This document shows, piece after piece, positions 40,030 through 52,280 of a DNA stretch of 64,000 nucleotides; within the stretch, counting starts at the first letter, position 1, and each line of letters starts with the position of its first letter. The translations under genes and the position numbers were made by a program. Below the pieces are notes generated by a model that was not told the DNA's origin, ran no database searches, and saw only the letters and a list, made by a program, of their open reading frames with translations. This DNA comes from Octopus sinensis (Eukaryota), in assembly GCF_006345805.1 (NCBI RefSeq), contig NC_043011.1, positions 46,760,464 to 46,824,463 of the forward strand. The letters run 5' to 3'.

Positions 40030-40296
40030 ATAGTTATAGTGTTTTTTTAAGTAAGTGACCACAAATGACATATTTTATGAATATGTGATGTTGTGAGGTG
40101 AATGCCTTTCCTCATAGTATTAACAACATTTTGTAAAAGATAGTCATTTTGCAAACTGAAATATGATAGTGAAATAAGGTAGTTGAGAAATTAATACTGT
40201 TGAATTTTTGCTTCCCTCTGCTACTCATGTATTTTACGCCATATTGCAGACAACAATAATGAGCTAATGAGTAATGACAATACTAATAATAACAAT

Positions 40297-40664
40297 AATG
40301 AGAGCACTCAGAGAGGGCAAACCTTTGCCAAGGCAACACCAACGTCCTCTCAATGATTAGCCAGAGATAATTTTTAAAATGAGAATATCTGAATTAAACT
40401 CATCTGCTCTCACAAACGAGAATACCAAAAATGAACCTGACTGCTATAAAAAATTATGTAAAAAGAAGCAGAAAAATAATCCAGAATCCTTGTCCGGTAT
40501 CAGATCGATCCCAAAATCTAATCAGTCCATGCCAGTCACAAGGCCAAACATTCCTGAAAGTTTCATCCGAATCCATCCAGCAGTTCTTGAGATATCTTGT
40601 CCATGGACAAACAAACAAACACGACTGAAAACAATACCTCCGCCTTCGCTAAGACGGAAGTAAT
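40297..40664 (+). mobile_element. Non-autonomous element with subterminal IR and 3' hairpin (Helentron/HINE- or Crypton-like)
   Basis: 5' aaacctttgccaagg, an internal acaaacaaac run, and a 3' stem-loop acctccgcctt-cgct-aagacggaagt. Confidence 0.5.
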
Positions 40665-41479
40665 AATGTGAACAACAACAACTGTAGGGTGTGGCACAAT
40701 ATGGTAGAGAGTGCTGGTAATGGTAGTCAATTTTGACATTATTGAGGCACCACTGAAGTTCTCTGTAGTATGTAACTGAGGAAAATCGACCAGTCAAAGT
40801 AAATACAGTAGTATATGGAATTTTTAGCCACCTTTTGACTTTCCAATTTTATTCTAATTAGATTCTTGTTTTTACAGGTACATATAAGAATTCAATTATG
40901 TTTTTGATTAAGTGTGACTATGATTTGATCAAACACAACAGTGAAAACATTTAGGAAATTGAAGATATCAATGAATTTACATGTGAGCAAGACATTGATT
41001 AGTAACAATACAGAAATTCCAACCAAGAAATAGCTTCATGTTAATCGTCAAACAGTAGTACTCATATTTCTTTTGTACTCTAGGCACAAGGCCAGAAATT
41101 TTGGGGGAGGGGGCAGTTGATTAGATTGACCCCAGTATGGAACTGGTACGTAATTTATCGACCCCGAAAGGATGAAAGGCAAAGTCGACCTTGGCAGAAT
41201 TTGAACTCAGAAAGTAAAGACAGACGAAATGCCTATTTCTTTACTACCCACAAGGGGCTAAACACAGAGGGGACGAACAAAGACAGACAACGGATTAAGT
41301 TGATTATATCGACCCAGTGCGTAACTGGTACTTATTTAATTGACCCCAAAAGGAGGAAAGGCAAAGTCGACCTCGGTGGAATTTGAACTCAGAATGTAGC
41401 AGCAGACGAAATACTGCTAAGCATTTCACCTGGCGTGCTAACGTCTCTGCCAGCTTGCCACCTTAGTAGTACTCATATT

Positions 41480-42665
41480 GAAGAAAGGCATGGCTGGGGG
41501 AAAATTAGATAGAAGAGGCTGCAGAAAAGGGCAGTTATGAAGGAAGTTATTAAAGATCAATTTACAATTGATAGAAAGGTTTCAAATTCTAAGGACATGT
41601 AACCATATTGTGCAAGAATTTTGGATAGGAGTGAAGAGGAAGAAGGCAATGATTTCGAAAGTCAATATGATCAAAAACATTGGTTGGGTTAAAGAACTCT
41701 GCAACATGGAAGACAAGTTTTGGTTATTGATATGATAAAAGCAAATCCTGCAAAATTTCCAATTCAATGTAAATATATGTGTGTGGCATATAAGACAACT
41801 GAAAGATGGGAGCAGGATTATTTTCATGAAACAGGTAAACATGAAAGAATTGGAATTATTGTAAGGAAGGTAGTTTGGGTGAAAGGCAGATCAAAACTCT
41901 TTGCTGTTGAAAATCAATTATATGGCTCATAATATGCTCTCAAAAGGATTTATTACCCCATGGCTCAGTGGTTAGAGCACTGGGCTCACAATCATGAGGT
42001 AGTGAGGTCAATTTCTCGACCAGGTTGTGTGTTGTGTTCTTGGACAAGACACTTTATTTCACATTGTTCCAGTTCACGGAACTGCAGAAATGAGTTGCGA
42101 TGTCACTGGTGCCAAACTGTATTGGTCATAGCCTTTCCCTTGGATAACATCAGTGGCATGGAGTGGGGAGGTTGATATGCATGGGTGACTGCTGGTCTTA
42201 CATAGACAACATTGCCTGGACTTATGCTTCGGAGGGTAACTTTCTAGGTGCAATCCCATGTTCAGTCATGACCAAAGGGGGTCTTTACCCTTTACTTCAG
42301 TGTATGAATTGATAAGAAGACAATTCTTTTACAAGAAGATGGGTCCCTATGCCATACAAGCAAAGTATCTCAAACATAGACAAGAATTTATGGAATAAAA
42401 TTGTGGGAAGGCACTGTTCAAATCCTCAATCTTAATGTAATAAAACATATTTAGAAACATTTTGATCTGATAGAGGACATCTAAGAATGTCATGGTAAGA
42501 AGTTTGTGAGCAAAGCTGTTGAAAATTATATCAATAACAGATGCAAGAGAAGCATTGACAGAAGAAAAACTAAACATGGATCAATCTATCCTGAATAATT
42601 TAATCAAATCCGTGCCTAATTGAGCAAAAGCTATGATGTTAACTAAAAGAGGCCCACTACTCAAA
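41480..42665 (+). pseudogene. Heavily decayed Tc1-like transposase, interrupted by a SINE (41955-42295)
   Basis: VVWVKGRSKLFAVENQL resembles the vwg..G.s.L region. NNLIKSVPN*AKAMMLTKRGP resembles the Tc1 C-terminal L..SMP.R..AVI..KGG motif. Confidence 0.55.
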
Positions 42666-43391
42666 GTACAGAGGCAATATCGTTCATTTTGAATAAGGAA
42701 TTTACCACAGGCAACTGCTTGAGTTACGTTTTCCCGGGTATTGGTCAAGGTGTGCCAGATTTGAGTCGGGATAGATCTCCATAGGTTAGGTTAGGGGTCT
42801 GTTCCTAGGCTGAATTTAATATATAGGAGCATGGGGGTCAATGTAATCAACTTACCCTTTTGCCCCGAAATTGCTGGCCTTGTGGCAAAATTTGAAACCA
42901 CTATTATTATTTATTATTATTTAAGGCAGTGAGCTGGTAGGATGGTTAGCACACCAGGCAAAATGCTTAGCAGCATTTCGTCCAGCTTGACGTTCTGAGT
43001 TCGAAATCTGCCGAGGTCAACTTTGCCTTTCATTCTTTCTGGTAAATGTTGCATTTTATTAGCATGACCTTAAACTGACTGTAGGTAATATATGATGCTA
43101 GACTGGACATGGTCAGTACAAGGAAATTATCAAAAGTGAAATACATTGGTAAAACTGGGAATTGAACGTGTCATGTACGTCACTCGCTGAAACTGCAACT
43201 TGGGTTTATAGCAAAGGTACAAGGCAATGGAGTGTCAGGTGAAATGGTTCTAAGGCTAATTATTGTAAAAGATTCATTGAGAACATGGGAAATGGCACAG
43301 TGTTAACCAGCTTCATGCACTAGTAAGTTATGGAGGAAGCTTTTATGTAGTAACTTGTTTTGCTAGAGATACAAACCAAAATATCCTTTAA

Positions 43392-43613
43392 CTCTTTCAT
43401 CACCAACCTGCCTGAAACCAGCTCTGGCTCTGTAGTACAAATGCCTCATTTACATAAGTTTTGAATTAAAATCTTCCACCAAACCTTAGTCACAATTTAT
43501 GTTCCTAACACCAGCTTAGTGATAACTAAGTTATTTTAATAAATTTTTTGCTATATCTAAAATTATTGAGAGAATCAACAGAGCATCTCAAAATAAATAC
43601 AATAATGAAAGGG
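43392..43613 (-). mobile_element. piggyBac-type MITE, homologous to 17018-17237
   Basis: TTAA on both sides, ...aatgaaaggg-ttaa end, colinear reverse-complement similarity. Confidence 0.75.
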
Positions 43614-44117
43614 TTAAATCACTCCCTACTGTGTTAGAAAATGGAAGAACATATTGATAATGTAGTGTAGAAAAAAAATGACTGGATAATCATGGGTGGA
43701 AAGATTTTTCATTATAGGTTAGCAAAGGAGTTAAATATATGTATTTGGTTATATGTGTTTGCATGCAAAAAGATTCTTAAAAACTATTGTACATGTTTCT
43801 GTTGATAATCAAAATGAGTATTCTGGTCAATATTTTGCTGAATAACATTTATTTTAAGCTCAAAAATATTGCTTTAAATTTGATCTTAAAAAAGCACTAT
43901 AATTTCTGCAATAACCTTATGTTCATGTGTGGAAAAGAAAATGGAAAATAAGAAAGCTACTAAGCTTATATCCATTGCTATATGTTATATATTTTAATAA
44001 TTACTGATATTTTTATATTCTATATATTATATATATGTAAAGCATAATATGTTATACATGTATGTATATTGTTATAATTGTCCTTTTAGTAAATAAATAA
44101 ATAAATAGACATAATAT

Positions 44118-44360
44118 AGTGTCTTTTTGGTCATCTGAAAGCAGTTTTGACACAAACTTGGCAGACATGCATCTCATAAAACAAATCTTCATTGATAATG
44201 GACTGAACTGAAACTAATCTGCACATCCACTTATGACTCAGAGATGGTGATTTGAGGATTTCCCCTCACTGATGCATGCACATTTGTGATGTTTTTCTCA
44301 GTTCTGCTGGTTGTGGGTCTCCCAGAACGTTCGTCCATATCGACATTTTTTCAGCCTTTA
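44118..44360 (-). pseudogene. Mariner N-terminal fragment, same family as 22070-22672
   Basis: Shares gaaagcagttttgacacaaacttgg and gtgggtctcccagaacgttcgtccatatcgac. Confidence 0.8.
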
Positions 44361-45414
44361 GTTCAATCAGCTTTATACTGTTTCTATTTGGGCTTTGTTC
44401 CTTCTATCTATGTGATTTCCTTTTCTTTTACACCTTTTCTAATTCACTACCCCACCCACTTAACTTCAAGTTATAGAACATTAAATGATGTTACATCACA
44501 CAGAAATTGATCTCAGGACTTATTTTTCGTTTTGCTGAACCACTAAGTTATAGGGATATAAACACACCAGCATCGGTTATCAAGTGATGGCTGGGGGACT
44601 AACACACACACGCACACACACACACGTCTGATGGGTTACTTTCAGTTTCCGCCTACCACATCCACTCACAAGGCTTTGGTCGACCTGAGGCTACAGAAGG
44701 AAACATTTGCCCAAGTTGCCATGCAGTGGGACTGAACCCCAAACCAAGTGGTTGGGAAGCAAGCTTCTTACCACACAGCCATGCCTATGCATGTTTTAGT
44801 TTCAGTCCCAAGCCCCACTCTTCTGTTTTTCTGATAAGGGTTTTCTTATACTGTGTATTTTTTATGTCTGTTTCTATGAATTTTCCCTATCTGTTATCTT
44901 TCATTTTCTATCTTTTATTTGTTTTAGTCATCAGATTGTGGCCATGCTGAGGCACTGCCTTGAAAAATTTATTGTCAAATGCATCGACCCCCCCACTCAG
45001 TACTTTTTCTTTTGTTTAATGATATGATGTACGACTTCTTGTCGTCACTGATATAGCTGAACTGTTATAATATCAAACGTTCCTGATGTTCTCTTATTAC
45101 TCTCCAACTGTGTATCTTCATCAAGCACTCCAGGATATCTCTTTTCAATAATTCCTATGACCTGCACGCTATGACTGCTCAAATGACACTCTTCCCAGAC
45201 TGTTCTGGACATGCTCATTTATACTAACTGGTAGAGTTCACTTAGCCAAACACGGGTGTATACAGATTCCCCATACAACATTTTTCAAGTCTGGTACTTG
45301 CCCAATCAATTCCTTTTGCTGAACTGCTAAATTATGGGGACATAAACACACCAAAACCAGTTATCAAGTAGTGGTGGGGACAAACACACACATATAAATA
45401 TACATACATATATA

Positions 45415-45467
<53 letters not shown>

Positions 45468-45486
45468 GTATGTATGTATATATATA

Positions 45487-45519
<33 letters not shown>

Positions 45520-45580
45520 TATATATATATATATATATAATATATATATATATATGTGTGTGTGTGTATGTATGTATATG

Positions 45581-45611
<31 letters not shown>

Positions 45612-45641
45612 TATATGTATGTGTGTGTGTGTGTATGTATG

Positions 45642-45689
<48 letters not shown>

Positions 45690-47519
45690 AATTAGAAAAA
45701 AAAACACCTTTTATCAATTCAATAATGAAAAATTAAATTATACCATTTAGAAAAATTACATATAATAGAAAGATTAAATATAAGATAAAACATTTAACAA
45801 TGATTAATTAATTTGCAAAAAAGTAAATAAAATGTATATATTTGGTATATATATATGTATGTATGTATATGACATTCTTCTTTCAGTTTCTGCCTACCAA
45901 ATCCACTTTAGTTAGCCTGAGGCCATAGTAGAAGTCACTCGGCCAAGCTATCATGCAATGGCACTGAACCCGGAACCATGTGGTTAGGAAACAAACTTTT
46001 TACCACACAGCCATAACTGTGCCAATTTTTAATTTCTCTTTAATTCACTTCAGTGTTTATATAATTTTCTGATATGCTCAATCACTTTTATCCAACAGAT
46101 TCCCATTATTTTGGAAAGTAATTGCCAAAATCACCCTTTTATCTTTTTTTTTTGATGAGCTGGTTCTAATGAATTCTATAAACACTTAATAAACTGTTGC
46201 ATTGTACAGCATACTCAAAAGTCTCTGATGATCACTTATCTGAAACACTGTGTAACAGCTTGTAAGGGTTTTTTTTGGCTTTGATAAAATACCTTATATA
46301 TGTTACATGTTGCAGTCATGGTTGCAAGATCAGGGTTTCAATTCCCAAACCAGCATGATGTTCTTAGGTAAAACACTTCATTACATGTTGTTCCAGTTCA
46401 GTCAGTTGTCAATGAGTGACCTTGCAATGGACTGGTGCTAGTTTGCGAAGTGGCATTACTTGAAAAGCTAAAGGAGGATTGTGACAAAGAGCATTGTGAT
46501 CAGTGGTGTATAACAACATCTGATAGTCTGGTTGATATAGCAATAAAAAGCACCATTTGAGCGTGGCTGCTGCTAAACCCACTTGACTGGCCCTCATACC
46601 AGTGGCACGTAAAAGCATGCACTACACTCTCGGAGTGGTTGGCATTAGGAAGGGCATCCAGCTGTGAAAACTCTACCAGATCAGATTGGAGCCTGGTGCA
46701 GCCATCTGATTCGCCAGCCCTCAGTCAAAATCGTCCAACCCATGCTAGCATGGAAAGCAGACATTAAATGATGATGATGATTCATAAGTTTGTATGTAGA
46801 TGTATATCCACTCACATATACACACATTCTTTAATTCTTTTAGTTGTTTCAGTCACTTGACTCTGGCCATGCTGGAGCACTTTCTTGAAGGGTTTTAGTC
46901 AAACAAATCGACCCCAGGACTTATTTTTTTTGAAAGCCTAGGACTTATTCTATCATTCTCTTTTGTCAAACCACAAAGTTACGGGGACATAAACACACCA
47001 ATGCATGTTGTCAAGTTGGGGACAAACACAGACACAAAGACACATGAACATAAGTATAGACATACATACTTATATATAGTTTCCGTCTAACAAATCTTCT
47101 CAGAAGGCTTTGGTTGGCCTGAGGCTATAATAGAAGACACTTACCCCTGGTGCTATACAGTGGGATTGAACCCAGAACTATATATACTGGAGCCTGGTGC
47201 AGCCTTCTGGCTTCCCAGATCCCCGGTCGAACCGTCCAACTCATGCTAGCATGGAGAATGGACATTAAACGATGATGATGATGATGATGATATATATATA
47301 TATATATAATCAGTTAATCACACACTAGGAAAAAAACTTCTTCCCATAAAAGGTTAGTAGCATCCTGATAAAAGATTTTATAATATTTTTTTTTTAAATA
47401 ATAAAAAAAAAAAGAAAGAAAAAAATCACCTTTACACTTCAAAACTATATTATGTAATTCTCATATAGAATTTCATATATATATATATATAGTTAATTAA
47501 AAAAAGAAAACACAAAAAA

Positions 47520-47705
47520 GCAAAAAAACACAGCAACGCAAGGACGTGGAACAAATAAAGTATTATTGGACGCTCAGGAAAGAAGGGAAGAAGGAGGGTT
47601 TATTGTTTCGAGCGGAGCTCTTTGTCGGAAACCTAGGAGAAGGAAAGACCCCGAGAAGGGAAGACAGTGGAAAAAAATTGGCAGCGGTACTCACGAGGTC
47701 ACATG
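47520..47705 (-). mobile_element. Short PLE-like element with degenerate HHR (47598-47632)
   Basis: Minus strand: gttt CCGACAA a gagc tcc gctc GAAA caat aaac. Same family as 36560-36755. Confidence 0.6.
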
Positions 47706-47920
47706 ATGGATTTTCCTATTGGAAACGATGTATGAGTATTCAGTTTTAGCCAAATGACCTGCTCATGATTTGTTTACAGTGATCAAATGTATCTGCTGTG
47801 TATGAGCTCGCCTCCTCCATTAAATTGACATTGCCTGGATAGGTGCACAGTGTACCATGCATCATGAGTTGAAATGATCACAGAGCAAAGTGAGACGAGG
47901 TGTTTTGCTCAAGAACACAA

Positions 47921-48216
47921 CAGCACAGCTCCCATGACTTCAGGAAACATTTTTTCATGCCGAGAGTTGCTGAAGCATGGAACAAACTGCCGGCATCAGT
48001 TGTTAGTTGTCGGAGCACTGCATCCTTCAAAACTGCCATGCTTCCTGAGATTCGCCAACACTACACCTGATTTTTCTCCCCTACATACACACACAAGCAT
48101 GTATCTGACTCATGCATTGTTCGCTTTCCAGACATTTGTACATTACTGCATATACTCTGACAAGTTATGGTGCACCTGAGCACTGTATACATTAATTTCA
48201 TTATTATTATTATTAT
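47921..48216 (+). mobile_element. 5'-truncated CR1-clade LINE 3' end
   Basis: Encodes HDFRKHFFMPRVAEAWNKLPASVVSCRSTASFK (CR1 C-terminal R..FF..RV...WN.LP motif), then 3' UTR and a (TTA)n tail. Confidence 0.8.
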
Positions 48217-48798
48217 ACCAGCAGACCAGGATTTGAAAGCTTGATCTCGCTATCATGAGCGCAACACTGTAACCACCAGGCCAGGCCAGGCATCCTCAAA
48301 CACACATATAAGTACATATTATTTCTTTATTACCCACAAGGGGCTAAACACAGAGAGGACAAACAAGGACAGACATAGGTATTAAGTCGATTACATCGAC
48401 CCCAGTGCGTAACTGGTACTTATTTAATCGACCCCCGAAAGGATGAAAGGCAAAGTCGACCTCGGCGGAATTTGAACTCACAACGTAACGCAGACGAAAT
48501 ACCGCTTAGCATTTCATCCGGCGTGCTAACGTTTCTGCCAGCTCGCCGCCGCAGACCAGGATTTGAAAGCTTGATCTCGCTATCATGAGTGAAACACAGT
48601 AACCACCAAGCCAGGCCAGGCATCCTCAAGCACACACATAAGCACATATGCATGCATGTGTGTGTGTGTGTGTGTGTCTGTTTGCGTTTTGAAGATCTTG
48701 TCCCGTTTCCACCTGGGAAATAACGGTAAGGCTGCAAATGACTCGGCCTAACGACTGCAATTTGGGTTATTGAGGCAGCAGAGTGAACAACTACTCAC

Positions 48799-48879
48799 AT
48801 GTTGGCTTCACAAGCAGGGAATTAAACTGTTCAAACAACTGGATGATCATGTCGGAGACCAATGGAGAATCCAATATTG
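48799..48879 (-). CDS. Candidate 81-nt phase-1/1 cassette exon
   Basis: Acceptor ...gataacctag and donor AT|gtgagt. The only open frame is xILDSPLVSDMIIQLFEQFNSLLVKPT. Unique sequence. Confidence 0.4.
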
Positions 48880-49584
48880 CTAGGTTATCATAATGACAAC
48901 ACATCAAAGTAGAGTAAATATAAAGATTGGTATTTCATTAAATATGATAATGATAGTATCTTCCATGTTTATTGGTTTTACTGCCATTTCAGCCACTTTT
49001 AAATGCTTCTATTACATTCATTTACGTAGAAGACATATTGAACAGGAATACCAGTTAATACCGTGTACAAACTAATTATTATAATTATATAGATGCACAT
49101 AGTTATATGTGTGTGTGTGAGTGTGTGTGGGTGAGAGTGTGTGTGTGTTTATGTGTATGTATATATATACTCTTTTACTCTCTCTCTTTTACTTGTTTTA
49201 GTCATTTGGCTGCGGCCATGCTGGAACACCGCCTTTAATCGAGCAACTCGACCCCGGGACTTATTCTTTTGTAAGCCCAGTACTTATTCTATCGGTCTCT
49301 TTTGCCGAACAGCTAAGTAAAAGGGACGTAAACACACCAGCATCAGTTGTCAAGCAATGCTAGGGGGACAAACACAGACACACAAACATACACGCACACA
49401 CATATATATATATACATATATACGACGGGCTTCTTTCAGTTTCCGTCTACCAAATCCACTCACAGGTAATTGGTCGGCCCGGGGCTATAGCAGAAGACAC
49501 TTGCCCAAGGTGCCATGCAGTGGGACTGAACCCGGAACCATGTGGTTGGTTAGCAAGCTACTTACCACACAGCCACTTCTGCGC

Positions 49585-49623
<39 letters not shown>

Positions 49624-50361
49624 ATACAGGTATAGATAACTACTTATCCATCTATCTGTGTGTGCATGTGTGTGTGTATACATATACATATATATAGGCA
49701 CAGGTATGGCTGTGTGGTAAGAAGCATGCTTACCACACCTATAAAGGTGGTGAGCTGGCAGAGGTGTTAGCATGCTGAGCGAAATGCTTAGCGGTATTTC
49801 GTCTGTCTTTACGTTCTGAGTTCAAATTCTGCCAAAGTTGACTTTGCTTTTATCCTTTCGGGGTCAATAAATTAAGTACCAGTTACGCACTGGGATCGGG
49901 GTAATTGACTTAATCCCTTTGTCTGTCCTTGCTTGTCTCCTCTGTGTTTAGCCCCTTGTGGGCAGTAAAGAAATAAGAAGCATGCTTCACATCCACATGG
50001 CTCCGGGTTCAGTCCCACTGTGTGGCACCTTGGACAGTTGTCTCCAACTATAGTCTTGGGCTGACCAAAGCTTTGTGAGTGGATTTGGTAGATGGAAACT
50101 GAAAGAAACCCACCGCATATGTGTGCGTGTGTGTATCGTTGTGTCTGTGTTCCTCTCCCCACCACTGCTTGACAACCGGTGTTGGTGTGTTTACATCCCT
50201 GTAACTTAGCAGTTTAGTAAAAGTAACAGATAGAATAAGTACTTTTCTTTAAAAAAAAAATATGCCCTGGGTGCTATTTGTTTGACTAAAACTCTTCAAG
50301 GCAGTGCTCCAGGATGGCCACAGTCAAATAACGGAAACAAGCAAAAAAATTACAGAACATG

Positions 50362-50409
<48 letters not shown>

Positions 50410-50569
50410 GAAACTTTGGTTTATAGATGTCTCTCATCATGAATGAATTGGTTTATGAACAATTTTCCAGGCATAAACCATTTTGGGTGACAAATGGTGT
50501 TTTGAGTCACAAATGCACAAGCTGACAACATGGATTGGAAGATAGAGTATTAGAGAGAATCGAGATTGA

Positions 50570-52280
50570 GATATTGTAGATGAGGAACGTCTATAGTCAG
50601 ATAATAGCATGTTTGCATTTAGTCATTTTGAAACTAAACGGTCATGAAAGTAACACTATGAAAGGCTGCTATATCTGGAGAATGCACGGAAAAGAGAAAA
50701 GTCTTCAAAATGTGAAACCCACAGAGGGACCAGACAGACTATTTGGCAACAGCATGAAAGATAAACCAATCAAGGATATGAAGACAGGAAATACCCCTGA
50801 TCCACTATGAATTACAGCTGAGATACTTAAAAATAGTTCACAGATTGGATAGAGTGATATCAAATCCGATGACTCATTTAGCAATAGTATATTAAATTGT
50901 TACAAAGTTAAAGGTATTGCCATAGAGAGATGTAATTACAGAGGTATGAAATTGCTGGACCAGGTCATTAATGCTACTGAAATAGTTATTATTCCATTAA
51001 TCTGAAAGCAGATTGTCCTATATGAAATGTAGTTTGGTTTTGTGTCATGGAGAAGCACTACTGATGTTCTTTTCATGGAAAGGCAACTGCAGGAAAAGTA
51101 TGGGGTTGTTATCTGGAAAGTTTGTGCCGATTTATAGTAGCTTACATTTCGACTTATTTTAGAACATGGTTGAGTCCATAAAATAGGATTTAACTACACC
51201 TCCATTTAGAGCACAGTTTAAGCTATCTTTTCGTGGAAGAAGGTTTATGTTCCTATAACCTGTTTTAATTCTATAACCCTTTAATATGGAAGATAAGAAA
51301 GTTCATTTTCGGCACTTGGTGCTTTGTGAACCAGACAAAAATTGCTGCAGCTCGGCTGGGATGTGTTACCCCACCCTCTATATTCACCAGATATTACTCC
51401 TTCAGATTTCCACTTATTCAGGTCTCTGCAGAATAGTCTTAATGGTAAAAAATTCAATTCCTTGTATAATGTAAAAAGATACCCTGGTGAATTCTTTGCC
51501 ATGAAACCACCTCAATTCTGGGAAGAGGGTATTTTCAAGTTAAAGGAAAGGCGGAGACGCATTGTGCAAGAAAATGGTTCATATTTGGTTGATTAAAAAT
51601 GTAATGGCAAGTATTTATTGACCATTTTCTTTCCTTTAAAAATCGGCACAAACTTTCCAGACAACGCAATATTTAGCTTCCAGTAAATTGCTGTACTTGC
51701 TAGTCATTGACCTAAAGAAAGGTTTCAGCAGAGTACCCTCCTCTGTACCCTGATTTGGTGCTTGCTGTAGAAGCAAGGAGTAAATAAATGGTATGTGAGA
51801 GTCATTCAAGCCACGTACAGGGCTGTTGTCAGTTAGGTGAGAATTAGCAACAAGTTCAACAATGAATCTAGTGTGAAATTAAAAGCTCATTAGGGGTCAC
51901 TTCTCAGTCCCCTCATATCCATTATAGCACTTCAGGCCATAACAGAGAAGACCAGTGTGTCCTCTGTGCTGATAACCTGGTTCTTATGTCAGAACCGGGA
52001 GTAGAATTAGAAAAGAAATTTCAGGCCTGGAAGCAAAAGCTGGAACCAAAATGTCTTGGAGATAACTTAACAAAGGCCAAAGTTGTAGTAAGCAGGAAAA
52101 CTGACAGGACACTACTCCTTTCATGAAAATGGCTCTCTTTGGTATATGGAAAACGTGTCAGTAGAAATTCCATACAGATGGACAGGTAAAGTAGAGATGA
52201 AGAATAGATGGGAAATTGATTTTCTTGAATGCCTAGAAATATCCCTAGAGGTAACAGATAGTTTCTGTTACCAAGGTAAC
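50570..52280 (+). mobile_element. Decayed RTE-clade LINE reverse transcriptase, interrupted by a mariner MITE
   Basis: CNYRGMKLL, FGFVSWRSTTDVLF.ERQLQEKY|LA, DLKKGFSRVP, GSLLSPL and ADNLVL (YADD-like) motifs, with stops and frameshifts. Confidence 0.85.
51101..51669 (+). mobile_element. Internally deleted mariner (Hsmar1/cecropia-like) MITE
   Basis: TIRs ...ggaaagtttgtgccgattt / aaatcggcacaaactttccagacaac, TA on both sides. MEDKKVHFRH N-terminus fused to LGWDVLPHPLYSPDITPSDFHLFRSLQN...NGSYLVD. Confidence 0.9.

Noticed and set aside
40845-40885. Plus-strand ctaat...gtttttacag|gtacat AG-GT site
   Set aside because: The donor half is weak and it lies near a decayed Tc1 region.
46221-46260. CTGATGA...GAAAcactgtgTA hammerhead-like motif
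   Set aside because: Stems I and II cannot be convincingly paired, so at best it is a relic.
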